Shown here: positions 39,022 through 49,340 of the stretch, in pieces | How positions within the stretch are numbered: the first letter of the stretch is position 1 | Layout: every line of letters starts with the position of its first letter | Virus genome (UHGV): UHGV-0218015 | DNA from: a virus | Reading direction: 5' to 3' (one strand) | Length of the DNA stretch: 64,000 bases | Position numbers and translations under genes: made by a program | The notes under the pieces: model-generated | What the model was told of the DNA's origin: nothing | Database searches by the model: none | The model's input: the letters and a program-made list of their open reading frames with translations, nothing else

Positions 39022-39873
39022 ATGTCACACCCGTATTATCTCCCGCGCATTCTAGCAAATAGGGACCCCAGTTATTACTACGAACAAACAAAGGGATTTG
39101 TTGAACGACTTTATATTCGTGAATTTAATACCGATGAAATGACAGATGGCCAGTATCTAGAGTATCTAAAAGACCTTTACGCTTTTTCAAAATCGAATAA
39201 AGGTAGGTTTGGACGTTACTCAGTCATTAGAGATGATGAATATCGTCATTTAGCTAAGCCTGTTACTTACCCTATTGTTACACGCGCCTATACATCGGAT
39301 AGGCAATATATCGCTGAGCTAAAATTTCCATTGCGGATAGACGGGCCCCAAATTAGCGCTATAGAAGTAGAGATTCAACCAATTGCTGAAGACTATATTG
39401 AAGACTACTTCAAGAAAGCTAAAGACGTACTCGAGGAGGGTTTAAGCTACTCTGAAGAAGGAACGATCTGTCTTCTCTCGTTACTCACGAAGACTTATAT
39501 CACAGCAAATTTCCGTATCTCCGATTCCAGTAACTACAATACACTTACCCCCTCTAAAACAAAACCTGTTTATTGGGACGATCGGCTAGTCGACAGACAA
39601 CGCTGGCTTACTATCTTAGATAGAGTAAAATTCGAGCCACCTAAACACACCGAAGACGATTTTATTTTATTGCACAACTTCGAACCAATTTATATTCCAA
39701 CGCATTTTGATCAAGCCTTACGTCATCGGTTGAAGTATGTGTTGGAATTACGGTACGGGAAGATAAATGGGCTGACCTGTTCTGGTGAATTGGGTGAAGA
39801 AGAACGCGAGAAGATAAAAATCGTGTATGATAAGTTGGTTGAAGATTACATTAAGAAGGAAGGGCAATTATGA
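39022..39873 (+). CDS. hypothetical protein
   Basis: ATG after AAGGAGG; preceded by promoter cassette. Confidence 0.5.
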   Translation: MSHPYYLPRILANRDPSYYYEQTKGFVERLYIREFNTDEMTDGQYLEYLKDLYAFSKSNKGRFGRYSVIRDDEYRHLAKPVTYPIVTRAYTSDRQYIAELKFPLRIDGPQISAIEVEIQPIAEDYIEDYFKKAKDVLEEGLSYSEEGTICLLSLLTKTYITANFRISDSSNYNTLTPSKTKPVYWDDRLVDRQRWLTILDRVKFEPPKHTEDDFILLHNFEPIYIPTHFDQALRHRLKYVLELRYGKINGLTCSGELGEEEREKIKIVYDKLVEDYIKKEGQL

Positions 39874-40313
39874 AACCAAATACTACTAATGGCATTATGT
39901 TGCTTTGTGATTCTGAAACGTTAGCAAACCGTATTCGTGGTTTGATGCAAGTACGTTGGCAGCAGAAAGTTCTCGTGGATTACGATGCACCGTTTGTTCA
40001 CATTACCTGGTTGCCAGAAGCTAGTGATTTCAAAGAACGTATAACCACGAGAAGAATTAAAGAATGGTTATCGGCAATCATTAATAAACAGATTACCGTT
40101 ATCAATTTCCAACTTTTCGGTACCGCTGAAGAACATGAAATCTTGAAACAGTGTTTAAGAGACTTGGGTCTTTCCTCTTCTGTTCGTGGTAGCTGCTATA
40201 CGGCTTACTTTATCGGTTCACTTGAACTGTTTAAGAATACACTAATGCTTCAACTAAAAGACGACTACAAACTTTTAGATAAAATCGATTTCGAATTCCC
40301 AGGCATGATTTAA
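39870..40313 (+). CDS. hypothetical protein
   Basis: ORF coupled by ATGA overlap. Confidence 0.45.
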   Translation: MKPNTTNGIMLLCDSETLANRIRGLMQVRWQQKVLVDYDAPFVHITWLPEASDFKERITTRRIKEWLSAIINKQITVINFQLFGTAEEHEILKQCLRDLGLSSSVRGSCYTAYFIGSLELFKNTLMLQLKDDYKLLDKIDFEFPGMI

Positions 40314-40324
40314 GGAACTATAAC

Positions 40325-41167
40325 ATGTTACGGTTCGAACTCACCGAAGAAGAAAAAGTCATCAGCAGGTTTAAGATCTCCCCTATCCCCACTGAAGAAC
40401 AAATTAAGGAAATCGCTGAGTTACAAAAAACGTACACCTTTTACTATAAAGTTAAATCGGAATCGTTTAACATTTTCTGGGTAGAAGGTGATGTCGATTT
40501 TCCTAACAAACTCATTAGTGCGATTACGGATATTTTAGTACGATCTGTTGAGGTGTCTAAAGATCCAGAATTACACGATCAAATGACTTGTGGGCTAAAG
40601 GACAAGCCAACTACGAAAGGCAACGCTTACTACACAAAGGAGTTCCCACTTACCCCCAAACAAGCAGATAAAATTGGACCAATACTATACCATTTTTTCA
40701 GCGATAAATTCACGTATGTGATTGAAGACAACATGCTTAAAGTGAGCTATGAATATACTGCTTATCGATCTCCTATAAATCAACTATTGAAAGATATAGA
40801 GGGCGAAAATATTCTGCTATTTACCGTTGAAAACATTACAGAAGCCGGTGCTGATGAGCTTATCAGTGTTGTGAAAGGTGAATACAAGCTCGCCGAAATA
40901 ATGATTTATCAAAGCAGATATCTTAAAGGTGACTTGCATCTCCTGATCAAAAACGAACCACGACTTCTTAAAACTTTGGAAACCCATGCGAAGAAAATTA
41001 AGAGAGACAGTGAATCTTTTAAACACGTTCTCGAGAAATACGAGAAAGAAGTCAGCGAACGCCTTTCACGCCACCTTTTTGGGGAGTTCGAAAATCACAT
41101 TGACAAATACGCCCAGTTGTTTGATAAGTTTTGTAACGAGATGAGAGAAATTCGAAATCTCAAATAA
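40325..41167 (+). CDS. hypothetical protein
   Basis: ORF with AAGGAA SD. Confidence 0.5.
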   Translation: MLRFELTEEEKVISRFKISPIPTEEQIKEIAELQKTYTFYYKVKSESFNIFWVEGDVDFPNKLISAITDILVRSVEVSKDPELHDQMTCGLKDKPTTKGNAYYTKEFPLTPKQADKIGPILYHFFSDKFTYVIEDNMLKVSYEYTAYRSPINQLLKDIEGENILLFTVENITEAGADELISVVKGEYKLAEIMIYQSRYLKGDLHLLIKNEPRLLKTLETHAKKIKRDSESFKHVLEKYEKEVSERLSRHLFGEFENHIDKYAQLFDKFCNEMREIRNLK

Positions 41168-41209
41168 CGAAGGCTTAATCACACCACCATTTACCTAAAG
41201 GAGCATTAA

Positions 41210-41725
41210 ATGTCAGTAAATATTAACATGAATCTTTATACTAAACGTGAACGTCAGATTCTGGCGAATCAACCTGGTGTTACGACTATCGACGGTAAAC
41301 CTATTGACCGTTTAAAAGTTATCGTTGCGCGAAATTGTCATGAACACGATTGGGACATCACTTACTTCCGTTGTTGTTCGGTCGCAAACGCGCTTACTCA
41401 ACTCTCTAACTACCACTCAGGACCGCTATTAAAAGACTGGGTTTGGTTAGTGCCTAGAACACCCTCAGCAATTGAGTATCCCGCTGGACTAGTTTATATT
41501 CGACCTGTCGCTTATCCAGAGCGTCTGAAAGAATATCTTGAAGTTATCTGGAACCGTCCTCGTAAAGAGCTGGTGACGATTATTAATTTACTGCAGCAGA
41601 TCGAAATCCCTGGCGTTTCGAATTTGAAACTCACGTCTCGCGATATTAACCAGGCTTACTGGGAACTGGAGTGGACAGAACCGAAATTCGAAAACACTAA
41701 CCGTATTTTCTTGCACCGGGGGTAA
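41210..41725 (+). CDS. hypothetical protein
   Basis: ORF with AAGGAG SD. Confidence 0.5.
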   Translation: MSVNINMNLYTKRERQILANQPGVTTIDGKPIDRLKVIVARNCHEHDWDITYFRCCSVANALTQLSNYHSGPLLKDWVWLVPRTPSAIEYPAGLVYIRPVAYPERLKEYLEVIWNRPRKELVTIINLLQQIEIPGVSNLKLTSRDINQAYWELEWTEPKFENTNRIFLHRG

Positions 41726-41727
41726 AA

Positions 41728-42009
41728 ATGTTAGATTGGTTGTTGGGTTTAATTAACTCACGTCAACAGGAGCTTTATAAAGAAAACACGCGATTACGGC
41801 AGGAGCTTAGTAACAATCGTCAAACCAAACGACAATTAATTCGGGTGGTAAAACAACAGGCGCGTTGTATACGTGATATCGATTATCAGTATCACCGTCT
41901 GAATACCTTAGACCCAACAACAAAAGCCCTCGGTGGAACAATCGGACACGCACGGAAAGTCAGTCACGATGCGTTAGTTCGATTAGATACAATAGAAGAG
42001 AAACTGTGA
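41728..42009 (+). CDS. small coiled-coil protein
   Basis: 93-aa ORF; GC stem-loop follows. Confidence 0.4.
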   Translation: MLDWLLGLINSRQQELYKENTRLRQELSNNRQTKRQLIRVVKQQARCIRDIDYQYHRLNTLDPTTKALGGTIGHARKVSHDALVRLDTIEEKL

Positions 42010-42015
42010 TTAGCT

Positions 42016-42038
42016 CTCCCTCGGGAACACCGAGGGAG
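42016..42038 (+). terminator. GC stem-loop (terminator or RNA structure)
   Basis: ctccctcgg...ccgagggag; no T-run. Confidence 0.3.
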
Positions 42039-42043
42039 ATAAG

Positions 42044-42442
42044 GTGATTTACATGATACGTTTATTTTACTTAAAAAGGCGTTTGTCATTAAAAGCCCAA
42101 CTGTTTGTTAACGAGAAAGTTAAAAACTGGCTGTGCGGTAAAAGGGTACAATATGTCGTTAAAGAAGGCGACTGGTATACGGAGGTTGTGACTTCCCCTA
42201 ACGGTGAACTTATAAACGTTACTATTCGTGACGTTATGGTTAAGGTTGGTAGGGGTGGCGGTCGGTTGTTTGAATCGGAAACTATAAGAGTCGCTGCTAA
42301 ACAATTGAAAGATGGTCGAGTTTTATTCAATGTTACCGCCCAGAAATACTACGACAATTTATTCGAGTGTCAACGAGCAATGGACAGAATGACCCGTGAG
42401 ATGCGAAGAATGCACATTACGGAGATCACAATAGGAGTTTAA
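42044..42442 (+). CDS. hypothetical protein
   Basis: ORF; GTG at 42044 or ATG at 42053. Confidence 0.4.
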   Translation: MIYMIRLFYLKRRLSLKAQLFVNEKVKNWLCGKRVQYVVKEGDWYTEVVTSPNGELINVTIRDVMVKVGRGGGRLFESETIRVAAKQLKDGRVLFNVTAQKYYDNLFECQRAMDRMTREMRRMHITEITIGV

Positions 42443-42753
42443 TGATGGAAAATAAAATCGCGAACACATCGGCACCTGAGAACATTGTCAATTATATTCT
42501 CAGTGGCGGGTTATTAGAAGACAACAAAGAAACGTGCGATAAACTCGTTTCTCAACTACTGCCTATTCGTTCAGAATACTGCGAAATCGTTATCTTAGGT
42601 TCCGAGTATTGTGTACGCTCTTACTGCCGACGTTTCGAAGCTTTACGCGTTCCACGTACGTTAGGCGGCGTAATACTTTTAGTCTCTAACTTCCACAGTG
42701 CACACGTTCGTGTTGCAACCTGGATTGCAAACGGTGGCGATAATGGTTTTTAA
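42442..42753 (+). CDS. hypothetical protein
   Basis: ORF coupled to upstream gene. Confidence 0.4.
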   Translation: MMENKIANTSAPENIVNYILSGGLLEDNKETCDKLVSQLLPIRSEYCEIVILGSEYCVRSYCRRFEALRVPRTLGGVILLVSNFHSAHVRVATWIANGGDNGF

Positions 42754-43039
42754 ACTAATTCGACTATTTAAACGTAAGAAATGTCCTGTCTGCGAAATTA
42801 ATGAAAAGATTATTGCTAAGCAAGACGAGCTAATCAAGCAACAAGATAAGTTGCTCACTGAAATGGGCGAACGCTATTTTAAACTTTGTGCTATTACCGA
42901 ACTGATTAGTGAAGGTGTGTTAACGAAAGACGGTGGGTTAGAGTTGGTCAAGAAGGCAACGATTCACTGTCGCCCTGAAGTAGAAAAATATAAACTTGAA
43001 GTGAAACGTGAAATGTGGGAGATCATTAATGAAGCGTGA
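42743..43039 (+). CDS. small CxxC protein
   Basis: Internal ATG at 42743 preferred over track 42698; contains CPVCE. Confidence 0.4.
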   Translation: MVFKLIRLFKRKKCPVCEINEKIIAKQDELIKQQDKLLTEMGERYFKLCAITELISEGVLTKDGGLELVKKATIHCRPEVEKYKLEVKREMWEIINEA

Positions 43040-43310
43040 AACGGTTGTATTTCGTAGTAATGGTGATGTGGTTTTGTATCGTGGTAAGAAACGTATTCGT
43101 ACGTTAGAATACCGAGAAGCAAAACGTTTCGTTGAAGAGTGTGCGTGGTTAATGCATTACGAAGGGAACTATCGCGCCATCTTAGAAGCACCGCGTTTAG
43201 AACGTGCAGTTGCGCAGATGGCAATAGGTAATCCTAAGAACTGTTACCTGGCCCGTAAGCCCAAATACCTACAGCGTGTCTCGCTAGGCAGTTTTATTGC
43301 GGGTTTTTAA
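43029..43310 (+). CDS. hypothetical protein
   Basis: ATG at 43029 overlapping upstream stop. Confidence 0.4.
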   Translation: MKRETVVFRSNGDVVLYRGKKRIRTLEYREAKRFVEECAWLMHYEGNYRAILEAPRLERAVAQMAIGNPKNCYLARKPKYLQRVSLGSFIAGF

Positions 43311-43315
43311 TAAAA

Positions 43316-43365
43316 ATATTTTCAGATATATATTACCTAGGTGAGAGTTCAGTTACTCTCACTTA
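43316..43365 (+). promoter_or_regulatory. conserved promoter-like cassette, copy 3
   Basis: tttcagatatatattacctaggtgagagt plus inverted repeat gtgagagt/actctcac, then cttaac. Confidence 0.45.
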
Positions 43366-43391
43366 ACGAAACCATTTTAGGAGAATATACC

Positions 43392-43886
43392 ATGAACTTC
43401 ACTAGACTTGATTACACTAACGAATTAGTCGACAAAGAAAAATACAAATTCACGATTGACTTGGGTTACGGGCTGTGGGACGTAGAAAAAGATATTCTAC
43501 ACAAAGAATTCCGTGAGCAATTCGGTGCATTATTCTGCGCAGGATTCCGTAGAAATTCTATTGATATCGGTTATGGTGCAACACCGTATAGCGACGAAGA
43601 AATGTTTAAGCTGATAACACAGATTATCGGAACTCGTGTGGCTAAACGTTTTAATTATTCTAACGAACTTGTTTCGAAAGAACATTACAAGTTCACTGTT
43701 AGACTACCTGTTCCTCTCTTTAAAGAAGATAAGAATAGACTCTATAAAGCCCTACAAACCGAATTCGGTAAAACGCTCAAAGTAGGGTTCCGCAGTCGTA
43801 GTATCGATATCGGAATTAGCGTAGACGTGTGCAGTGACGATGACCTTTACGAATTAGTTTCGGAAGTTATCGGAAAACACCTCTAA
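43392..43886 (+). CDS. protein with internal tandem domain duplication
   Basis: ATG at 43392 after AGGAG; two ~80-aa halves share FTRLDYTNELVDKEKYKFT / FNYSNELVSKEHYKFT and GFRRNSIDIGYG / GFRSRSIDIGIS. Confidence 0.5.
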   Translation: MNFTRLDYTNELVDKEKYKFTIDLGYGLWDVEKDILHKEFREQFGALFCAGFRRNSIDIGYGATPYSDEEMFKLITQIIGTRVAKRFNYSNELVSKEHYKFTVRLPVPLFKEDKNRLYKALQTEFGKTLKVGFRSRSIDIGISVDVCSDDDLYELVSEVIGKHL

Positions 43887-43930
43887 GCGTAAATTAACGC
43901 TTCAGCTTGTAAAACCAAAAGGAAAATAAA

Positions 43931-44707
43931 ATGAAAACTATCGAGTTTAAGAATAGTAGTCTTTGGGCATACACGCACATCATTACGAGTTTCCTGAAAA
44001 ACGTTACTCCACATCTTGCTTATCAGATTTATGGGAATGAGCTCACTATCGGTGGTTTTAACGAGGATGAATTAAAACGAGCAAAAGAGTTCATTGACGA
44101 TGTTCTTCGTGGTGAAGCAACGTGTTTAGTTGCATGTTACGTTGCTAAAGACAAAGGAAGATTAAACGTCATGGCAATTTTCAGATCGTTCTCCGAAAAA
44201 GTATACGAAGTTGAGAAGATTAGTCATACCGTTTATATTGTTTACTTTAAACGTTCGGCGGAGAAAAACGCTGATAAAATTCTGGAGTATTTCGACTGTA
44301 ACCCGGGGGAAGGTATGGATGTCTATACGCTCGGTTACGATGGGGTACCTCACCGGAATAACCTTATTCGCATTGACGAACCTTTTTCAGTCAATGACGA
44401 TTCCTCGCCTATAGAGATGGTTCTGGTACACAAAGATCGATTCGCGCATTACGATTCTGATACTATTCAACGTGTCCTGAACAACGTTAATATTCAGTTT
44501 TCACAAACCGAGCACTTAGTACGTGCATGTCTTAGGTCTAATGGCACAACATCATTTTTCTTCGAACGTCAAACTGTTTGGCATACTTATCTGGCTCTGA
44601 TGGAAGAACTTGATAGGATCGAGCCAGTTCAGGTTGGTGCAAATTGCTTATATTGGATAAAAACAAAAGGGTTCATGAATGAAAACGCTCAATTCAGATT
44701 TGCGTGA
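43931..44707 (+). CDS. hypothetical protein
   Basis: ORF with AAGGAA SD. Confidence 0.5.
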   Translation: MKTIEFKNSSLWAYTHIITSFLKNVTPHLAYQIYGNELTIGGFNEDELKRAKEFIDDVLRGEATCLVACYVAKDKGRLNVMAIFRSFSEKVYEVEKISHTVYIVYFKRSAEKNADKILEYFDCNPGEGMDVYTLGYDGVPHRNNLIRIDEPFSVNDDSSPIEMVLVHKDRFAHYDSDTIQRVLNNVNIQFSQTEHLVRACLRSNGTTSFFFERQTVWHTYLALMEELDRIEPVQVGANCLYWIKTKGFMNENAQFRFA

Positions 44708-45107
44708 TTACATCCGTCAGTACCCAGCCAGTATTCCTGTACTGGCGTCGCTTACGCTTTCAGGTACTGACGTTAACATCTTAACGGTGGAACAGTTCCA
44801 CGAGATAATAAAAACCGCTTATAACTCCATTACCGCAACGTCAGTACGTAAACGTTGCGATTATCCCGACGGGGATTTCGGCACCGAGATGTTTACAGAT
44901 TATGCGGTTGCGTTTCTGTTAGGGCGACACTGCCTCGATAAACTTAACACTGCTGTAGAAGGGGAAACAGTGACGGAAATAGTCAACGCTTGGCAGCAAC
45001 GTATTCTGAGCGACGCTTACTGCCGACAGGCGTTAAAACGAATGTCCACAACGGCGATTACAAACGACCAGCGTGCTTTAGAGTTCTTTAAGCACAATTA
45101 CAGCTAA
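44679..45107 (+). CDS. hypothetical protein (paralog of 45968..46399)
   Basis: DLRDYIRQYPASIPVLASL vs EIRNYIRNNPIALGVLAGF; same length. Confidence 0.45.
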   Translation: MKTLNSDLRDYIRQYPASIPVLASLTLSGTDVNILTVEQFHEIIKTAYNSITATSVRKRCDYPDGDFGTEMFTDYAVAFLLGRHCLDKLNTAVEGETVTEIVNAWQQRILSDAYCRQALKRMSTTAITNDQRALEFFKHNYS

Positions 45108-45129
45108 TTTACCAAAAGGAAAAAATGAC

Positions 45130-45891
45130 ATGTTTAATATCGAAATTACCCCGCTCGTTAAAACTGAAATCCGTCCGGTTCCTGAAGCACAGTTACTCGA
45201 TCAACTTTATCGCATATTCCTGGATAAAGGTGTACATTTCCGTGTAGAGCAGGTCAACGATGAAAGCATCGTATTCTACTGGACTCACTGCAACGATTAT
45301 CTTTGCGACACTATTGCGAAAGAAATCGGTGAGTTACTCAACTCAGCAGAAGGTACCACGAACACTCGGGTGGAAACGACCGAGACTGAACAACCGAAAG
45401 TAGAAGAACAGCAGAAAGACGAACCACACGTCCTCTGGTACGAAGGTAAGAAGATTAAGGAAATTAAAGAAGCGTTAGAGACCCTCTATCCCGACGATTT
45501 AGGCATTTATTCGGATAACGATAAGATCGTCGTTCGATTGAAGAAAGACGATCGTAATCTCATGGAAGAAATTAGTTCTATCGCTGAGCTGATCGATAAC
45601 GATGCCGTTCGACTTATTTCGATTCACGGTATCGGAAAAGATACCGCTGATGAACTCATGCGTGTGGCTGTGCACGAACACAAGGAGAAAATTCGTCAAT
45701 CCGTTTACAAAGGTGAAACACTCACCGTTTTGATCGACAACGATGTTGAGGTTTTCAAATCATTAACGAACTTTTTGCGAATTGTTTCAACGGATTCTTA
45801 TATCGAAAAAGCACGTGCCTTGGTTCTCGAAAAGCTTTTTAATATTTACAACAAAGATTGCGATTGTCCTAATTGTCAAAAACGTCGTTAA
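45130..45891 (+). CDS. hypothetical protein with C-terminal CxCxxC
   Basis: ORF ending CDCPNCQKRR; terminator follows. Confidence 0.5.
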   Translation: MFNIEITPLVKTEIRPVPEAQLLDQLYRIFLDKGVHFRVEQVNDESIVFYWTHCNDYLCDTIAKEIGELLNSAEGTTNTRVETTETEQPKVEEQQKDEPHVLWYEGKKIKEIKEALETLYPDDLGIYSDNDKIVVRLKKDDRNLMEEISSIAELIDNDAVRLISIHGIGKDTADELMRVAVHEHKEKIRQSVYKGETLTVLIDNDVEVFKSLTNFLRIVSTDSYIEKARALVLEKLFNIYNKDCDCPNCQKRR

Positions 45892-45916
45892 TTAACGATA
45901 TTCTAAATTCAACCAA

Positions 45917-45948
45917 GGGGTGGATTACCACCCCTCTATTATTGTATT
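45917..45948 (+). terminator. terminator candidate
   Basis: ggggtgg-atta-ccacccc then T-rich. Confidence 0.55.
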
Positions 45949-45967
45949 TACCTAAAGGAGTATTAAA

Positions 45968-46399
45968 ATGTTTTTCGTATTAAATGATGAAATCCGTAAC
46001 TACATTCGTAACAATCCGATTGCTTTGGGCGTTCTAGCAGGTTTCTGTCGTCCAAATACTGACTTCGATTTAGTTAAGTTAGAAGAATATCAGGAAATTG
46101 TGAATACTAACTACATGCACATCTGTAGCTGGGGTAAACGTCCTCGCGAAGAGTACCCTGTAGGTGAGTTAGGTGACACTATGCATCGTGACCAGAATCT
46201 GATGCACGAATTCGTTGAATACACACTGGAAAATCTTAACTATCCGCTTCTTGTCGACACTGTACCAGAAATGGTTGACGAATGGTTAAGTCGTGTTTAC
46301 AATGACCCTACTGCCAACAAGTTACTGAGTCAGATGTCACAAACTTCTCGTGACATCGACACTCGTACGCTGATGTACTTAGCACACAACGTTCGCTAA
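45968..46399 (+). CDS. hypothetical protein (paralog of 44679..45107)
   Basis: AAGGAG SD; see paralog. Confidence 0.45.
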   Translation: MFFVLNDEIRNYIRNNPIALGVLAGFCRPNTDFDLVKLEEYQEIVNTNYMHICSWGKRPREEYPVGELGDTMHRDQNLMHEFVEYTLENLNYPLLVDTVPEMVDEWLSRVYNDPTANKLLSQMSQTSRDIDTRTLMYLAHNVR

Positions 46400-46406
46400 C
46401 CTTACT

Positions 46407-46460
46407 CCGCTATAGGCTTCGGTCTATAGCGGAATTAATTTTCTTTCCCTTTTCTTTTTT
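46407..46460 (+). terminator. rho-independent terminator
   Basis: ccgctatag...ctatagcgg then T-rich tract. Confidence 0.7.
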
Positions 46461-46566
46461 GTTATTTTGACGCTGCTTTACTTACCTTCTACTCGACTAT
46501 TCCTATGCTGGCTGAGGGATGTAAAACGACCTCTTAAACCTTTTTTACTTATTGTGAGTTAACGCG

Positions 46567-47415
46567 ATGTCTCTTACGTCAAAACAGAAACTGCTAAAAC
46601 TCATCAACACTGAAAACAATATTGTTCCGCCATTGACCTTCAGTGATGTTGATATCGGCGAACCTACTGGTACTGGGGTTGATACCCAGGTGGTTCTGAC
46701 TTCTAAACTCAAAGGCGATGAGTCTACTACTTTAACGGTGACTTACCATCGTCGTAATTTGCCCGAATACCTAACAGGTGAGTTGGTATTCGGTAACGAC
46801 GGTGTTGTAACCGCCTCAGATTTGCTTAACGCAATCAACGCAAAATACGATTTAAATATTCTGCCATCGGATATCGTTGATGCGAAAGTTGAAGGTAAAA
46901 CCCACCAACTTACCGCTAACGAGAAATCTTACGAGTGGTGTGGCGAAGTGACGCTTACGCTACGCGATCCTATTGATCTGGCTAAATTGCTACCTGTTAC
47001 TCAATTAGAAAACCTGGTAGAGTATCCGTCCACTAAGAAAGGTAACGCTGCGGTTTATTCTTACCCAATTGACTTCACCGCAGAAAAAGATTACCTTGAT
47101 CCAATTACCATCAACGGCACCGTAGACTTAGTAGAGTTAGCTACTAAACTGACTAACGTTGTTGATGAGAAATGGGTAAGCGTACCTAAGAACGCTGCTA
47201 ATAACTTGTTCGGTGCTAAGGTTATCTACGATGGCCCTACCGCAGGTTTCGAAGGCGCAAATGCGAAGTACACGCGTGTGCTGGTACTCGCCCTAAGCGG
47301 TATGTGTTCTAACCTGACCGGTAAACTGTTAATTCACTTTAACGGAACCGATCGTCCGAAGTCGAAGATTGAATTAGCCAAGACTAATTCGGTCTTACCG
47401 GGATTCTTAGATTAA
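46567..47415 (+). CDS. hypothetical protein, member of a four-gene family
   Basis: N-terminus KQKLLKLINTENN..FSDVDIGEP resembles 47429, 50573 and 51171 gene products. Confidence 0.5.
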   Translation: MSLTSKQKLLKLINTENNIVPPLTFSDVDIGEPTGTGVDTQVVLTSKLKGDESTTLTVTYHRRNLPEYLTGELVFGNDGVVTASDLLNAINAKYDLNILPSDIVDAKVEGKTHQLTANEKSYEWCGEVTLTLRDPIDLAKLLPVTQLENLVEYPSTKKGNAAVYSYPIDFTAEKDYLDPITINGTVDLVELATKLTNVVDEKWVSVPKNAANNLFGAKVIYDGPTAGFEGANAKYTRVLVLALSGMCSNLTGKLLIHFNGTDRPKSKIELAKTNSVLPGFLD

Positions 47416-47428
47416 GAGGATTACAGTA

Positions 47429-47905
47429 ATGACCAGTCAAGAAACTATTTTCGACCTTATTAAAAAGGCTAACCCAGACGCCGAGCTCGACACCGCCAAA
47501 GTCACATTGGGTGAGCCCGTCGTAAGTACCGGTACGTACAACACCGAAATTACGGTTGTGCCGGTTAAAAATCTCGGTTATGTTAATAAGCAAACGTTCC
47601 AGTATAACCGCATTGATGCAGGTTTGTATTTCCTCAACGTATTGCCGAAACTGTTAGTTGAGACAGCAACCACGACTGCGGACCTGCTGCCTGTAATTAA
47701 CGAGCAGTATGGCTTAACCCTTACCGAAGACGATGTGTGGGTAGAGCAGGTTGGTGCGTTGCCGCTAGACGGCAGTGCAATCGAGCACGGTATTTTCTTC
47801 CGCCCCGAGTGTCTAACCTGGGTCGGTGGTTTTACAGTGCGTGTTGCGCGTAAACCGTCTGTCGAGACACCGCCAGCTAAGCCATCGCGCGCTAAGAAGA
47901 AATAA
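47429..47905 (+). CDS. hypothetical protein, family member
   Basis: TIFDLIKKANPDAELDTAKVTLGEP; basic C-terminal tail; terminator follows. Confidence 0.5.
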   Translation: MTSQETIFDLIKKANPDAELDTAKVTLGEPVVSTGTYNTEITVVPVKNLGYVNKQTFQYNRIDAGLYFLNVLPKLLVETATTTADLLPVINEQYGLTLTEDDVWVEQVGALPLDGSAIEHGIFFRPECLTWVGGFTVRVARKPSVETPPAKPSRAKKK

Positions 47906-47910
47906 CTACA

Positions 47911-47945
47911 GGGTGGGGTAATCCCACCCTCTTTTCTTTTTTTGT
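47911..47945 (+). terminator. rho-independent terminator
   Basis: gggtggg-gtaat-cccaccc then tcttttctttttttt. Confidence 0.7.
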
Positions 47946-47967
47946 GTAAAAAGAGGAGTTAAAGAAA

Positions 47968-48558
47968 ATGGCCGAACGTTGGACTAAAGAAGGTATTATT
48001 GAATCAAAAACAGATTTAGAGGGTGGGTACGTCAATGACCCTGACGATAAAGGTGGGGAAACCTGTCACGGGGTAACACTGACAACTGCACGCGAATACG
48101 GGTACAAAGGAAGAATGAAAGATCTGACCCGTGCGCAAGCGTTTGATATTTACGATCGTGGTTGGTGGAAGAAACTTAAACTCGATGAGATTTTCGCTAT
48201 CTCGCCGATACTCGCCGACAGGATGTTTGATTTTGGTATTAACTCTGGTCGTGTTAACTGTGTGAAATCGTTACAACGTATTCTCAACGTTTTAAATAAC
48301 GAAGGGAAACTTTACGCAGATATTGACACCGATGGTGGTATGGGACCTAAAACACTAGGTGCTCTGAATGCTTATCTGAATTACCGTAAAGGCGAGGGAT
48401 TAGGCATCTTAATCTTTGCGTTAATCTCACATCAGGTAACCTACTACACGGAAATCTCCGAAAAGCGTAAGAAGAATGAAAAATTCGCTTACGGCTGGTA
48501 CGGACGCGTGTACAGGGAAATGCCGGATTATGTAGTGAAGGCGGGGTTAGTAAAATGA
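47968..48558 (+). CDS. GH108-family muramidase (endolysin candidate)
   Basis: N-terminal EGGYVNDPDDKGGETCHGVT matches the GH108 EGGY..D..D.GG.T..G signature. Confidence 0.6.
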   Translation: MAERWTKEGIIESKTDLEGGYVNDPDDKGGETCHGVTLTTAREYGYKGRMKDLTRAQAFDIYDRGWWKKLKLDEIFAISPILADRMFDFGINSGRVNCVKSLQRILNVLNNEGKLYADIDTDGGMGPKTLGALNAYLNYRKGEGLGILIFALISHQVTYYTEISEKRKKNEKFAYGWYGRVYREMPDYVVKAGLVK

Positions 48559-48659
48559 ATTGGTTTGCTAAACTCTTAGCACTATTGTGGAAAGCGTTAA
48601 CGTCTGGACGGAAACGTAAAGACGAAAAGCGTGGGTACGAATTTTTCTGGTTTCTATAA
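48555..48659 (+). CDS. small amphipathic peptide (34 aa), lysis-associated?
   Basis: ATG overlaps the endolysin stop; encodes MNWFAKLLALLWKALTSGRKRKDEKRGYEFFWFL. Not in ORF track; speculative. Confidence 0.2.
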   Translation: MNWFAKLLALLWKALTSGRKRKDEKRGYEFFWFL

Positions 48660-48674
48660 GGGAAGGTGTGGGTA

Positions 48675-49340
48675 ATGGAGAAGCTTCAATATAAACGTTT
48701 AGACAATAAGTGGTTTGTATTAACGGAGGATTACCATTATCCGTTTACGTTACGCGAGATTTATCACGACCACGTACACTTAGACCGTGCGGTTTATTTA
48801 ACGGGTGTATTGCCTGACACGCAACTGTGGTTAACAGCACCGAAAGGGTTCGTTACCGATTTAGCGTCAATTCCTGATCACCTCCAGGGAATTTTCCATC
48901 CTGACGGACCGTGGGCACCTGCGGCCTGTATTCACGACTTACTCTATCAAAAATGCAACACGGAGCGTAGCTATCCCATGACACCGGGTGGTAACGTTTC
49001 GCGTTTCATCGATAAAGAGTTCTCTGACTTAACTTTCCTGCGTATTATGCAGTCGTTGGAAATCTCGCCTTATATCTGCCAAACATTTTATAAGGCCGTT
49101 GTTGAATTCGGCTGGGATGCCTACGTAGATCCTAATGCAAAGCCATCCTACAGCACTAACGCGTTTCGTACGTTAGATTACAATCGAAACTATTTATTCG
49201 TTCGCGAGTTTAAGGAACCTGCAATCCCTGACCACGAACGTATTGATATCACCACAGATTGTCCCGTTAATGTCAAATACCTGAACATCAAACGGGCTTT
49301 TCTGTCTGGGAGGGAAGATGTTTCATCCAAATCCGAGTAA
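48675..49340 (+). CDS. DUF1353-like protein (tentative)
   Basis: ATG at 48675 after GGAAGGTG; GFVTDLASIP resembles a phage-associated domain signature; weak. Confidence 0.35.
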   Translation: MEKLQYKRLDNKWFVLTEDYHYPFTLREIYHDHVHLDRAVYLTGVLPDTQLWLTAPKGFVTDLASIPDHLQGIFHPDGPWAPAACIHDLLYQKCNTERSYPMTPGGNVSRFIDKEFSDLTFLRIMQSLEISPYICQTFYKAVVEFGWDAYVDPNAKPSYSTNAFRTLDYNRNYLFVREFKEPAIPDHERIDITTDCPVNVKYLNIKRAFLSGREDVSSKSE

